Assembly (NCBI GenBank): GCA_951406725.2
Contig: OX597824.1
Span: forward strand, 44,516,001 to 44,580,000
Origin: Octopus vulgaris
Taxonomy: Eukaryota
Length of the DNA stretch: 64,000 bases
Direction of reading: 5' to 3'
Part shown: positions 12,235 through 25,360 of the stretch, piece by piece
Layout: each line of letters starts with the position of its first letter
How positions within the stretch are numbered: position 1 is the stretch's first letter
Notes under the pieces: generated by a model
The model's input: the letters and a program-made list of their open reading frames with translations, nothing else
Told to the model about the DNA's origin: nothing
The model's database searches: none
Made by a program: the position numbers and the translations under genes

Positions 12235-12440
12235 ATAAGGCCTGAAATTTTGGAGAAGGGGATTAGTTGATTACATTGACCCAGTGCTCAACTGGTACTC
12301 ATTTCATTGATCCTGAAAAGATGAAAGGCAAAGTCCAAAGTCAACATCGGCAGAATTTGATCGCAGAACATAATCAAGATGGATGAAAACTGCTAAGCAT
12401 TTTGCCTGGTTTGCTAAGAATTCTGCCAAGTCACAACCCT
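12235..12440 (-). mobile_element. SINE family A (diverged)
   Basis: aaggcctgaaattttgg ... cccagtgctcaactggtact ... gatgaaaggcaaagtc ... tgctaagcattttgcctgg. Confidence 0.85.
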
Positions 12441-12589
12441 ATCAACAATAAGAATAATACCAAAACTACTACTACCAACAGTGACAAACTACTACCATTA
12501 ACAAAAGCTCCACCACTACCACTACCGCCACCAATGACAACAAGTACAATAATAAAGTCAGCAAGGGACTGAAGCTTGAGTCAGTTATG

Positions 12590-13140
12590 GAGATTCTACA
12601 TGATAGGTTGACCTGATAGAAATAACAGTGAAATAAAAAATTTTTTCATACTAAACCATACCATTAAAAAAATATGGAAGGATACAATGAACAATTTAGT
12701 TTTAAATTTTCAAAAAGAAAGAACGCTCACTGCTGAAAATCCTTTGGTCAGTCAGGGCTGATTTAATATTAAACAACAACAACAAAAACAACAACAACTA
12801 CTACTACTACTGCTGCTGCTACTACTTCATACAGTATTCACAACATAACCACCACCAACACTCTCACCAATGCAGAAACAACCAGCAACAAAATTAAATA
12901 CATGAACCAATGCAGTAGCTGCAGAGCAGTCTTTTGATCTGCCAGAAAAAGTAGCCAAATCTTTCTAAATTTCCACCATACCATCTTAAAAAAAAAGGAC
13001 ACAAAGACATAGCGGGCAATATATAATATGAGATAGACTGTGCCAAAAACAAAAGAAAACAAGATGGTCATAGCTAGAATGCCTTCAAACACAAACCTAA
13101 TGAATTAGACTAGACTTTGGGCTAAACTATGATGAACATC
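12590..13140 (+). repeat. Two diverged copies of a further interspersed repeat (family E, SINE-like 3' end)
   Basis: Shared gaaatarcagyyaaat ... ccataccatcttaaaaaa ... gctrgaatrcctt ... gggctaaac(aac)n. Related copies at about 20140-20320 (minus) and about 34920-35085. Confidence 0.6.
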
Positions 13141-13439
13141 AACATTAAGGTCATCTCTGATCAATGTGGTAAAGCCATCTACAGCAATGGTACCATTCAT
13201 TTCTCTCTAATAGCCATTGCCATGCTTGCAGCTGCCAGTAATAATAGTGAAGGAAAGACAGAATGATGTCAATAGTTTGTTTTGTGAGATAATATTCTCT
13301 GTGATAATATTCTTGTGTGATAATATGAAAGTACTAGCTTTGGTTGTACATATACTAGAATTATACAGAGGACATTAGCATCATCCCTGTGCAAGAATAA
13401 CATGTAAATTCATGAAGCATTCCATATTTTTTTTATGTA

Positions 13440-13655
13440 GTGAGGCGGCAGAATTGTTAGCATGCAGGGCAAAATGCTTAGTGGCATTTCATTTGTCTGT
13501 ACATTCTCAGTTCAAATTCTGTCATGGTTGACTTTGCTTTTTCATCCTTTGAGGGTTGATAAAATAAGTACCAGTTGAGCACTGAGATCGATGTAACCAG
13601 CTTAGCCCCTTCCTCAAAACTGCTGGTCTTGTGCCAAAATTTGAAACCAATATTC
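13440..13655 (+). mobile_element. SINE family A
   Basis: ggcagaattgttagcatgc ... gttgataaaataagtaccagttgagcactg ... ttgtgccaaaatttgaaaccaatatt. Confidence 0.88.
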
Positions 13656-13766
13656 AACATGAAGAGGGAATACATACTATAGCATAATAGACCTGGTAAA
13701 AAAACAATAGAAAAAAACATTGCAATGCCAGCAAACATCATTACACATAATTGTACATAAACTTAC

Positions 13767-13804
13767 AGCTAAAAGACTCAACTTGAACTCTTGCTTTTTC
13801 TTGG
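13767..13804 (-). CDS. Candidate internal exon, 38 nt ((S)KKKQEFKLSLLA)
   Basis: Acceptor cttctttacatag, donor gtaagt. Phase 1 to phase 0, compatible with the neighbouring candidate exons. Confidence 0.35.
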
Positions 13805-14207
13805 CTATGTAAAGAAGGTATTTAAGAGTATAATTCAAGTGATTGTCAACATTATCATCCTCATTATCTGATCATAGTTATTATCTAAATTTGATATCAG
13901 GTTAAGTATTCTTGGAACTATACTGTGACTTTCTCTCTCTCTCTCACACACACATTATGTATAGAATGACTGAGGAAATATGTCTAGGGGTGCCTACTGC
14001 TTGAAAATGCAATAGAGAGGTGGGCAACAGCAGATATAATGTAAGTAAGCCAAACAATTTGAATTAAAATTACACTGAGTGATGACAACAGTCATTATCT
14101 AATGACAAATTCTGGTTAAGAAAGGCAAAAGAGACAACCTAAAATTTTAATTAATGAATGAAAATTATATAATTAACCATAGTAGATAGTGAGGAGTGAG
14201 TTTAATA

Positions 14208-15075
14208 TGAGGTGGAATCAAAAAGTTCCCGCACTAGTTCTGTAGTGCGCCAACAGATGGCAGTGCATGGTTGTGCATGCAGTGAGAGTTAGCTGTGGCC
14301 TTCATGAGGCAGTGTGCTGAGTGACATCACTGTACTTACTTCACAAGTTGTGAAATTTGTGTTTTTGTGATCACATGTATCCCGTAGTCTGCGATTTTGT
14401 CATGGACAGGAATAAAGAGCCAACATGAAATTTTGCATTAAACTTGGGAAGTTGGCTACAGAGACATTGAGCATACTTTAGCAAGCTTACTGTGACAAGG
14501 CGTACACAATGTTTTGAGTAGCACGGGCACTTCAAAAGCAGAAGAATGTCCTTGGAAAATCTGCCATGAGCATCATCCCCAGAAATATGGTATTGTGCAT
14601 TGAGAATTTGTCCCCCAGGGCCAAACCATTAATTGAGGGTTCTACTGCAACGTTTTGAAGTGTTTGAGGGAGGACATTTGACAAAAGTGACCGGATTCAC
14701 GGTGCATGAAGAATTGGATTCTTCATGATGACAATGCACTCTGTTACCAAGCTCTCCTCTTTGCTGCCAAAAACAACATGGCATCACTTCCGCACTCACC
14801 CTATTCACCAGATTTAGCACTTGTGAATTTTCATCTCTTCTCCAGGATGAAAATACAGCTCAAAAGGTGCCGTTTTAACACTATTGTCAAGATCCAGAGC
14901 AAATCACAGGTCCTCACTTATGGAAAACAACTTCCAGGCCAGATTCCAAAAGTTACAGGAATGCTTGGATCAGTGTATTGCTGCACAAGGCAACTGTCTT
15001 GAAGATGACCTTAGAACTTAGATGAGTTATTTTTTATTAAACAAACTAGTCCAGGAACCTTTTGATACCACCTCA
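14208..15075 (+). mobile_element. Internally deleted mariner transposon
   Basis: TIRs tgaggtggaatcaaaaagttcc / ggaacctttgataccacctca with TA on both sides. Transposase remnants WILHDDNA and HSPYSPDLALVNFHLF. Confidence 0.92.
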
Positions 15076-15244
15076 TAGTTAGCAATACGAAGATGGTAAG
15101 CTGACAGAAGCATTAGCACACCAGGCAAAATGCTTAGCAACATTTCATCTGTCTCTACATTCTGAGCTCAAATTCTGCCAAGGTTAACATTGCATTTCAC
15201 CCTTTCTTGGTTGATAAAATAAGTACCTGTTGAACAATGCACTA

Positions 15245-16267
15245 TATATTTGGTCTTCACTTCAGCTTTATTATTATTATTATTAATATTATTATTATTA
15301 TTATTATTATTATTATCATTATTATTATCATTATTATTATTTGGCTTGCTGGGTCTTCTCACGCACGGTAAGCCAAATGAGACCATAATCTCGTGGCCTA
15401 TGTCAGGGGTGTTACCAGCTCACTTATGCGTACCTTTTCCTTCCTTGGACACTAAAACTCTGCTTGCGAAGACCTGTTGAGGCAAGTGAAATCAAAATCA
15501 AAATCAAATTTGATGACTGGCATCCATGCTAGTGGGGTGCAAAGAGCACCATACGAGTGTGATCATTGACAGAGTGGCTATTCAGCTTCCGTGCCAGTGG
15601 CACTTAAAAAGCACCATTTGAGCGTGATCGTTACCAGCGTTGCATTACTGGCACTTGAGCCCCGTGCTAGTAGGGTATTAAGAGCACCATCCGAGCGTGA
15701 TCGTTGCTAGAGCGGCTATCTGGCCTCCGTGCCAGTGGCACGTAAAAGACATCATTGGAGCGTGATCGTTACCAGCATCGCCTTACTAGCACCTGTGCCA
15801 GTGGCATGTGTAAAAGATTCGAGTGAGGTCATTGCCAGTGCCACCTGACTGGCCCCATGCCAGTGGCACATAAAAGCACGCACTACACTCTTGGTGAGGT
15901 TGGCGTTAGGAAGGGCATCCAGCTGTAGAAACTCTGCCAGATCAAGATTGAAGCCTGGTGCAGCCATCTGGTTCGCCAGCCCTCAGTCATTCGTCCAACC
16001 CATGCTAGCATGGAAAGCGGACGTTAAACAATGATGATGATGATTATTATTTTAGTTTCTTTGTCATAGCTCTTTCATCGTACATCCTGTGACCTCTTCA
16101 GTGACTATCCCACATGTCTCCTCTTGTTCTGTTTATTCCATTTTGTCTTTCTATGGTATACCACATGGGATAGTGAGTCACTAAGGATGTCACAGGATGT
16201 GTGACAAAAGAGCTTTGACAAAGGAACTAAAATAATAATAATAAACCTGAAGTGAAGACCAAATATA
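15245..16267. repeat. Fold-back element with degenerate hammerhead motifs, interrupted by an RTE 3' insertion
   Basis: Perfect 21-bp inverted ends (15245-15265 and 16247-16267), (ATT)n/(AAT)n tracts, and inner inverted arms at about 16045-16112 and 16166-16240. Confidence 0.75.
15343..16045 (+). mobile_element. 5'-truncated RTE LINE: complete 3' UTR with about 6 structured repeat units and (GAT)n tail
   Basis: Starts at the ORF stop region (aagccaaatga). Repeated gtgccagtggcac..aaaagcacc modules. Standard family C terminus. Confidence 0.88.
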
Positions 16268-17779
16268 ATAAATACATGAAGATATATATCATTTATCCAA
16301 AGCTAATTATTTACTACATTGAGTTTTCTACACTTTGTAATTCATGAAGCCAAATAGATAGGTAGTTACACTGTATAGTTAATATAAACTATCTCGACAA
16401 GCAAAGCAATATAACCACCATTAGTATGGTTGCTGAGGAATCAAAAGAGTTTAATGTACCAGATGTGCTAGAATTGTTAAGAGTTCACACTACCATTTCA
16501 CCGAAGACCATTAACTGATTGCATGGCTGGCTAGAAACAGTCCATAAATTTTTAATCTATGTAATACGGGTAATGCTATGAGGTAAATAAATATTATGAT
16601 GAAGTTGTGGGAAAGTATGATGATATGTGTCAGTGACACATAAGCACTAAATACACTAAAGCCATGAAGCCCTATAAACTAAAGTAGAGAAATTAATTTA
16701 TCATCATATTTGAGCTGTAATATTTAAACAACAAACATTTCCCCTTGGCAACGTTGGTAGAGCTTCTAGTCATGTAGCACTAGTTTGGGATTTAATATAT
16801 TGTGGTATTGGGCATACAAGAGGTGTAGCATTTATGTGTTATAATATTGCCTTAATCTATCTCAGGAGAAATGTCATATGCCACCATGTAAATGTTTTAA
16901 CCACATGCAATGTGGATAGACTGGGCACATGTTATGGAATGATGGTATGATTTGCTTGATGGAACATACACGTAGTAGTCATGACACTAAGACTTGGAAA
17001 ATAGTAAAGATTGACTAGTGGATAATAACTATGCCTTAGAGTTAAGATAAGAACATAGCATACATACATTCTGCAAAGCAAAATTATTTAATCCATACTG
17101 GTAAAGTAAAACAATTGTCAGATAATGGGGATGTAGTTATTGATGATGGTGGTCGTGGTGGTGGTAATGACATTGATGGTGGTGGTGGCAGCAATGATGA
17201 CAGTGATACTGATGGCACTGAAGAAAAAATTAACATTCAAGCAATGGGTAACAATAATTTCTGATACAGTATTTCATTCTCAAATCGATGAGAGGTAAAG
17301 AGTTAAAGCAAAGATTAACTACAATAAAATACTCTACCATTGTTCTTGAAAACTCAACGAAAACAATAACAAAACTCAGATATTGAAGACAGAAAGAGGA
17401 TAAGTATCTTATCAATTCATGGGAACGTTTTGTAGCATTGGTATAACATTCCAAAAATCACTTGGTGAAACAAACAAAACAAAAGGAAATAACAATTTCA
17501 TTGTATCTTTTAGATTTATCTAAAACATTTCCTTTTAACAGTAGATAAGATGATTTCAAAATACACAACAAAACATCATGTTGATATGTGTGCTGTGTAT
17601 GAATGTTTGACTATGTATACACACACATACACACACACACATTTATATATATACATGTTATATATATATATATATATACTTATAAATACATGTCTACATA
17701 TGTTTTGATATATGCCTGTTTATATCTAGGTGTTTATTATATATATACATACACATACATATATATATATATATATAAA

Positions 17780-17935
17780 CATCATCATCATTTAACATGT
17801 CTTCCATGCTAGCATGGATCAAACAGTTTGACAGGAGCTAGTAAGCGAGAGGACTGCACCAAGCTCCATTGTTAATTTTGACATAGTTTTCACAACTGGG
17901 TGCCGTCCTTCCTAATACCAACCACTTTACAGAGT
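17780..17935 (-). mobile_element. RTE 3' end fragment (family C, diverged)
   Basis: catcatcatcatttaac ... ttccatgctagcatgg ... ccttcctaataccaaccact. Confidence 0.75.
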
Positions 17936-18244
17936 GGAAGCTGAGAGCATCTATGGAATTCATTGAAGTGAATTTTCCACAGCTGGATGCTCTTCCTGTC
18001 ACCAATCCTCACCTGTTACACACATATGCACACACACACACATAATTAATGTAGGCAGCAGTAAACAATGTGTACCATAAAGGAAAACTATAACCATCAT
18101 TAAATATGACTGTGGGTGTTAGAAACACCTACATTGCTAGAAATAAGAGCTAAACACTCTAATGCTGCAGTCAAAGCACATAATTGTATACATACATGCT
18201 GACAGGGACTAATTGCTCGAAAAGCAATGGTCAAGATATTTTCC

Positions 18245-18402
18245 AAGCTTCCGTGAGTTTCTGTCTGCCAAATCCACTCATAAGGCTTTGGTTGGCCTGG
18301 GTCTGCAGTAGATGACGCTTGCCTAAGGTGCCATGAAATGGGACTGAACCTGAAATCATCTGGTTGGAAAGCAAGCTTCTTACCACACAGCCATTCCTGC
18401 AC
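18245..18402 (-). mobile_element. SINE family B head
   Basis: ccaaatccactcataaggctttggttggcc ... gggactgaacc ... cttaccacacagcca. Confidence 0.85.
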
Positions 18403-18586
18403 CTCACACCCACATATAAATAAATATTTATGTATGACTTACATATTTATGTATATCTATATATTTTATTCATATGTAATGCAAACAGGATTAGATTATT
18501 ATCCAAAGCATGATTTAATCTAACAGGCGTTTTGGTCAACTTTACATTACCACTGGTTTGAGAAGAAATGATAAATAATAGCTTAC

Positions 18587-18640
18587 ACTGCTTTTGCTGC
18601 ACTTTGGACATTGATTGTTCCCCATAATGTGTCAGAAAGA
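18587..18640 (-). CDS. Candidate internal exon, 54 nt ((D)LSDTLWEQSMSKVQQKQ)
   Basis: Acceptor ttctttctcatgaacttcaaaacag, donor gtaagc. Open in phase 1-1 (also open in phase 0-0). Unique non-repeat sequence. Confidence 0.4.
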
Positions 18641-18728
18641 TCTGTTTTGAAGTTCATGAGAAAGAATTTGGACATGTGTCAGCATGTTAAAAAATAAGTT
18701 TGTTTCTTTTGTTTAGTATTAGAATAGG

Positions 18729-18902
18729 GCAAGGTGGTGAGCTGGTAGAATTGTTAGGACGTTGGGCAAAATGTTTATCAGCATTTCAGTCATCATTACA
18801 TTCTAAAATTCTGACAGGGCCTACTTTGCCTTTCGTCCCTTTCAGGGGTCAATAAACCAAGCACCAGTTGAGTGCTGGGGTTGATATAATCAACTTAGCC
18901 CT
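18729..18902 (+). mobile_element. SINE family A, 3'-truncated
   Basis: aaggtggtgagctggtagaattgttagg ... ctttgcctttcgtccctttcaggggtcaataaa ... gcaccagttgagtgctgggg. Confidence 0.82.
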
Positions 18903-19398
18903 GCGACAACTGTGGAGATTGCCAACGTACCGTAAAAGAGGGAACACAAAGGAGTGACAGAGGGAGAGAGAAGAAATGGAAAGACAAAAAAAGATATCAA
19001 CAAGACACTATGACATTACAACCAGCCAGGCAAAGTCTTTGCTACATTTGCGGCACCTGCCAGAGGGAGTGTTTGTCCAGGATAGGACTACACAGCCACA
19101 GTAGGAGATATATTAGGACATGAAATGTAAAAGCCAGACTAGATTATTTTATGTGCAACTCCATTGTCTCCCGAGACAAAAAGGATGCCAACCAACCAAC
19201 ATACATATATATACATCTATATATATGTATATATTTATATACATATATATAGATATATATACATATATATACACATATACACACACAAATACACATATAC
19301 ACACACACACATATGTATATATATATATATATATATATTATATTAAATTAGAGACAAAACCACTATTAGGCAAATCAAACAATGAAAGACTTAAGCCA

Positions 19399-19433
<35 letters not shown>

Positions 19434-20729
19434 TCCCATATCATATACTGTACCATAAAATAATGGATATAAAACAATATAACGGTGCCACTCCTCCCAT
19501 CAGGAGAATATTCCCAAAGATACAAATTGCTACAAAATCATACTTTGGCACTTACATGTATCCTGACCAGCAAGAATAACGTGTTAACCTCTATCTATAC
19601 ATTCAAATTCTGAATTTGAATGTTTGGCCATTGATATATTAATAACTAATGAATAAGAGTGTATGATATATCCTTCGTAATGTATTATTACATTCCTTTT
19701 TAATTATTTAATTTTCTCACTCATATCCGGTATTTTGGTCTGGTTTGAAGTACTGGTCTTTTCTCATAAACTTTGTGCATTCAGAATTTTCATAACCAGA
19801 CACATCTAAAATAATTAAATTAAAATGCCAAAACAATTTTCACTGTTATTAATTGATATAACACTTTAGTTTATATTTTGGGATGGAAGTTAATCACTGT
19901 ATTCTTTGAAAGGTACCTAACTTTCAAAGATTTCAATTAAGCACTAAAATGTTATGAAACACTTCTGTAAACTGTTGAGAGCAGTGCTCTTCCTACCAAC
20001 AGTTTACAGTTCAGTTATTGTAATTGTTCATTATTAGTAATGGAAGCAGAATGTGTTTAAAATAGCAATCTATATATCATACTTAATGATACATCTACTT
20101 TAAGTACAATATACAAAATGTTATGATGTAATTGTATTTTTAGCCCCCAAGTCAATCAGACAAAGGCATTCCAATCATGGCCATCTCCTGCTTTGTATGT
20201 CTAAGAATGCACTGTCTGTTCTTTCATTTTCAAGACAGTAAGGTATGATTTGAGAAAGAAAAATGTAGCTGCTATTTCTAACAGCTCAAGCTTCTACATA
20301 GCAGTTCCATTGTTGGTTCATGTACAACATCGTATAACTGACAAGAGCTCTAGAGACTTTTAATGCTTATCTCGATTTTATGACACTACCTGCTGTGCAG
20401 TGCTGTTACTATGCAAGTCATAATATGCCTCTCAACTACTTAGTGGTATAAGTCCCAATAATCTTGAAGAAAAAAAATGAAAAGAAACCAATCACATTAC
20501 TTGTACAGGAAAATATTTATGCAGTTGAACTGATATCCTTTCACCCTTTCCGTGCATTTACCACTTCACTTCAAAGCAGTAGAGTTAACGATTTTCTTCA
20601 GTTCATTAAAGCAAGGAAAATAGGATCATAATACACTTTACCAATAAATGCAGTACAATAACTACAATAGCGTTTGAACTCTTGGTATTGTTGTCAAGTA
20701 GTACCATCTGTTACCAATGTGTAACTAAC

Positions 20730-20835
20730 CTGAATAAATCCAAAACTGCCATTGATCAGGTGAACTGATTGTTGTCCATGCCATTGGGATAAAAAGCGTT
20801 CTATTAATCCTACTGCTAAGTACAACAGCAATGTT
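20730..20835 (-). CDS. Candidate internal exon, 106 nt (NIAVVLSSRINRTLFIPMAWTTISSPDQWQFWIYS)
   Basis: Acceptor cttaatgtgttatag, donor CAG|gttagt. Phase 0 to phase 1 links the candidates at 34650-34710 and 18587-18640. A second frame is also open. Confidence 0.4.
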
Positions 20836-23156
20836 CTATAACACATTAAGATCCTATTAATGATTTTTTTTTCTTTGTGCACAGGTTCAAAGAGATGTTT
20901 AGGACTGTAGATAAGATTATTAGTTTATTCCAGGAAAACTGAAGTAGAGTAGAATAAACTGTTCTACCTGAAAATACAACAAAATGCCAGCAGCTGATTT
21001 GAACTCATGAGCTATAAGCAGGTAGCTGAACACCCAAACCACTTTGCCAACTGGCCTCTATTGCCACAAACAGTTGCAAATTTCAACATTTCATGTAAAA
21101 TTCCTCATATTTGCAGAACTATCTAGTTGATTTATTTAAATTTTTTATCCCTTTTCCAAACTTGATTATTGTTATTAATATTGAGATCTATTTTCACTAA
21201 TGAATGAAAAATATATAGATAGATAAACTGCAGACACAAAACATCCAGATGCTCGCTACTCTCTCTTTTTTTAACTTGGAGACATCCTTTTATATTCATG
21301 CAAATGTAAAAACAGTATGAACACACAGAGAGGTTTGGGAAAGTTATTAGATATGATCAAATAATATGATTGGTGATAGGAAAGGCAGGAGTGCTGTATA
21401 TGAGACTACTAAATATCCAAGTAAGGACAGAAATTTTAACATCATGCTTGTGTGAGAAGACATAACATGTCAAAGCAGAATTGTCAATGAAGAACTACCG
21501 TCTTATGAAATATCATGCTATATCTTTATCATTTATCTTTTACATGCTTCTGTCATTGGACTGTGGCAAATGCTGGAGCACTTGCATTGAAGGGTTTAGT
21601 TGAACAAACTGCCTTCAGGCCATTTATATTTTAAAGCTTGATATTAATTTCAAAACATGCATGGTTATAGTGTCACAATTCCATTTATTGATACAGCTAG
21701 TTATATCACCATATGTGTTCAGAATAAATGGAAGTAACTGAAGTTTCTGGGCAAAAAAAAAAAAAAAAATTAAAAAAAGAGAAGCAAATTTGGTCTGCAA
21801 GCATAGTAGAAATATATAAGTTTTCTAAAGTACAGCTTACAGCAAATTACTCTACAGACTAACTCAAACTATAATGAGAAAACTGGTTAAATATAATTAA
21901 AAGAACATACCCATACTTAGAGCTTTTAACTCTCCAATATTTAAAGCATAGTTTTTGAGTTTGCTTATAACTAAGATGTGTGGTAGATGCAGATGGAATT
22001 GTAAATTGACCATAATGAAATAACAATGTAGGAATGATTAGCCTCACATTCCATTTGTAATTAATTAATTAATTAATTAATTAATTAAAAAACACATATA
22101 CATAAGCTTCATCTATTTCTGGTTCAATCTCTTTCTTTTATGCTCTCACTCTCTTAATTATTCATCTATCTTTGCCTTACTTTCTCCTTATTCCAATTTC
22201 TCTCTATTATTCTCTTCTGTTATACCCCACTCCCTATATTTCTTTTTGTATTTCCATTTTCCTTACTTCAACCGTTCTTCCTTATACTATCTGTTTTTCA
22301 GTTTTCCTTCCCCTCTTCTTTCTACCAGTCTGCAATCAGATAGTATTTTCTGACAGATATCATATAGTATTTTCTTCTCCCTCAATTTTCCAAGATAACT
22401 TGTTGTTGTTCTTGCAGTTGCTGCTGCTGTTGCTTTACTTTTTAGTAGAGAATGATGCAAACAGAGAACCTAATGAAAAGTGATACAACTCAAACAAGAA
22501 AATAGCCATAACAACAACAAAATTAAATAAGTAAAAAATACACAAACCAAAAACAAAATAGCAATCTAAAAAAGAGATTAGAGCAAAAATGACTTATCAG
22601 AGGGAACATTCTTTACCATTCAGAATACAGTCAGAATTTGAAGATTAATGAATTAGAAATAGAAGAAAAAAAGAACGAAAGAAAAAAGAAAAATAGAGAG
22701 AGAGAAGGAGAAAGGCGGAAGAAAGATAGAATCTTTTTTAAATGGGGACAAAAAATAAAACAAAAAAATGAAGCAAATAGAATGAAGAAGAGAAAGGAAA
22801 AGAAAGAAATGAAGATAAACATTTAAGAAATTGAAAGTAAAAGGATGGGGAGAAAAATGATATGCGGAAGGATAAGCAGAAAGGAAACAAGGAAATAAAG
22901 AAGAATGCAAATAAGGAAAGGAAAATGAAAGACAGAAAATCAGTAAACAAAAATGTTTCTTAAATAGGTATGAGAACTTCTGACAATAAAGTTTTTTCCA
23001 AGAACCTTAGTTTCAGTAGTGAAATAAACTTGAAAAATACATTCAATAACCACCTGTAAATCTACTTTAGATCTCTATATATCTAACAAGTGTTGTATAC
23101 AATTCAACTAATACACATACACACACACATAGATTAAAACAGTTTGATTCAGACAT

Positions 23157-24056
<900 letters not shown>

Positions 24057-24250
24057 CGTGCAGGTGGCACGTAAAAAGCACCCACTACACTCACGGAGTG
24101 GTTGGCGTTAGGAAGGGCATCCAGCTGTAGAAACATTGCCAGACAAGACTGGAGCCTGGTGCAGCCTTCTGGCTTCCCAGATCCCCGGTCGAACCGTACA
24201 ACCCATGCTAGCATGGAGAACGGACGTTAAACGATGATAATGATGATGAT
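24057..24250 (+). mobile_element. Young RTE 3' end (family C) in (TA)n
   Basis: cgtgcaggtggcacgtaaaaagcacccactac ... cggacgttaaacgatgataatgatgatgat, flanked by TA repeats. Confidence 0.9.
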
Positions 24251-24272
24251 ATATATATACACATATATATAT

Positions 24273-24665
24273 ACAGGAGTGGCTGTGTGGTAAGTAGCTT
24301 GCTAACCAACCACATGGTTCCGGGTTCAGTCCCACTGCGTGGCATCTTGGGCAAGTGTCTTCTGCTATAGCCTCGGGCTGACCAAAGCCTTGTGAGTGGA
24401 TTTGGTAGACGGAAACTGAAAGAAGCCTGTCGTATATATATATATATGTGTGTGTGTGTATATGTTTGTGTGTCTGTGTTTGTCTCTCTAGCATTGCTTG
24501 ACAACCGATGCTGGTGTGTTTACGTCCCCGTCACCTAGCGGTTCGGCAAAAGAGACCGATAGAATAAGTACTGGGCTTACAAAGAATAAGTCCTGGGGTC
24601 GATTTGCTCGACTAAAGGCGGTGCTCCAGCATGGCCGCAGTCAAATGACTGAAACAAGAAAGAAA
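24273..24665 (+). mobile_element. tRNA-derived SINE family B (CORE-like), full length and young
   Basis: A-box-like tggctgtgtggtaag, B-box-like ggttcagtccc, CORE-like cttgggcaagtgtcttct, internal (TA)(TG)n, tail ggcggtgctccagcatggccgcagtcaaatgactgaaac. Confidence 0.93.

Positions 24666-25360
<695 letters not shown>

Noticed and set aside
15515-15885. CRISPR-like repeat/spacer appearance
   Set aside because: The units are homologous along their whole length, lie in a LINE 3' UTR in a eukaryotic context, and there are no cas genes.
21842-21869. Good-looking 28-nt minus-strand exon (tag ... gtaagc)
   Set aside because: It creates a stop when spliced into the candidate chain, and shows how easily pseudo-exons arise here.
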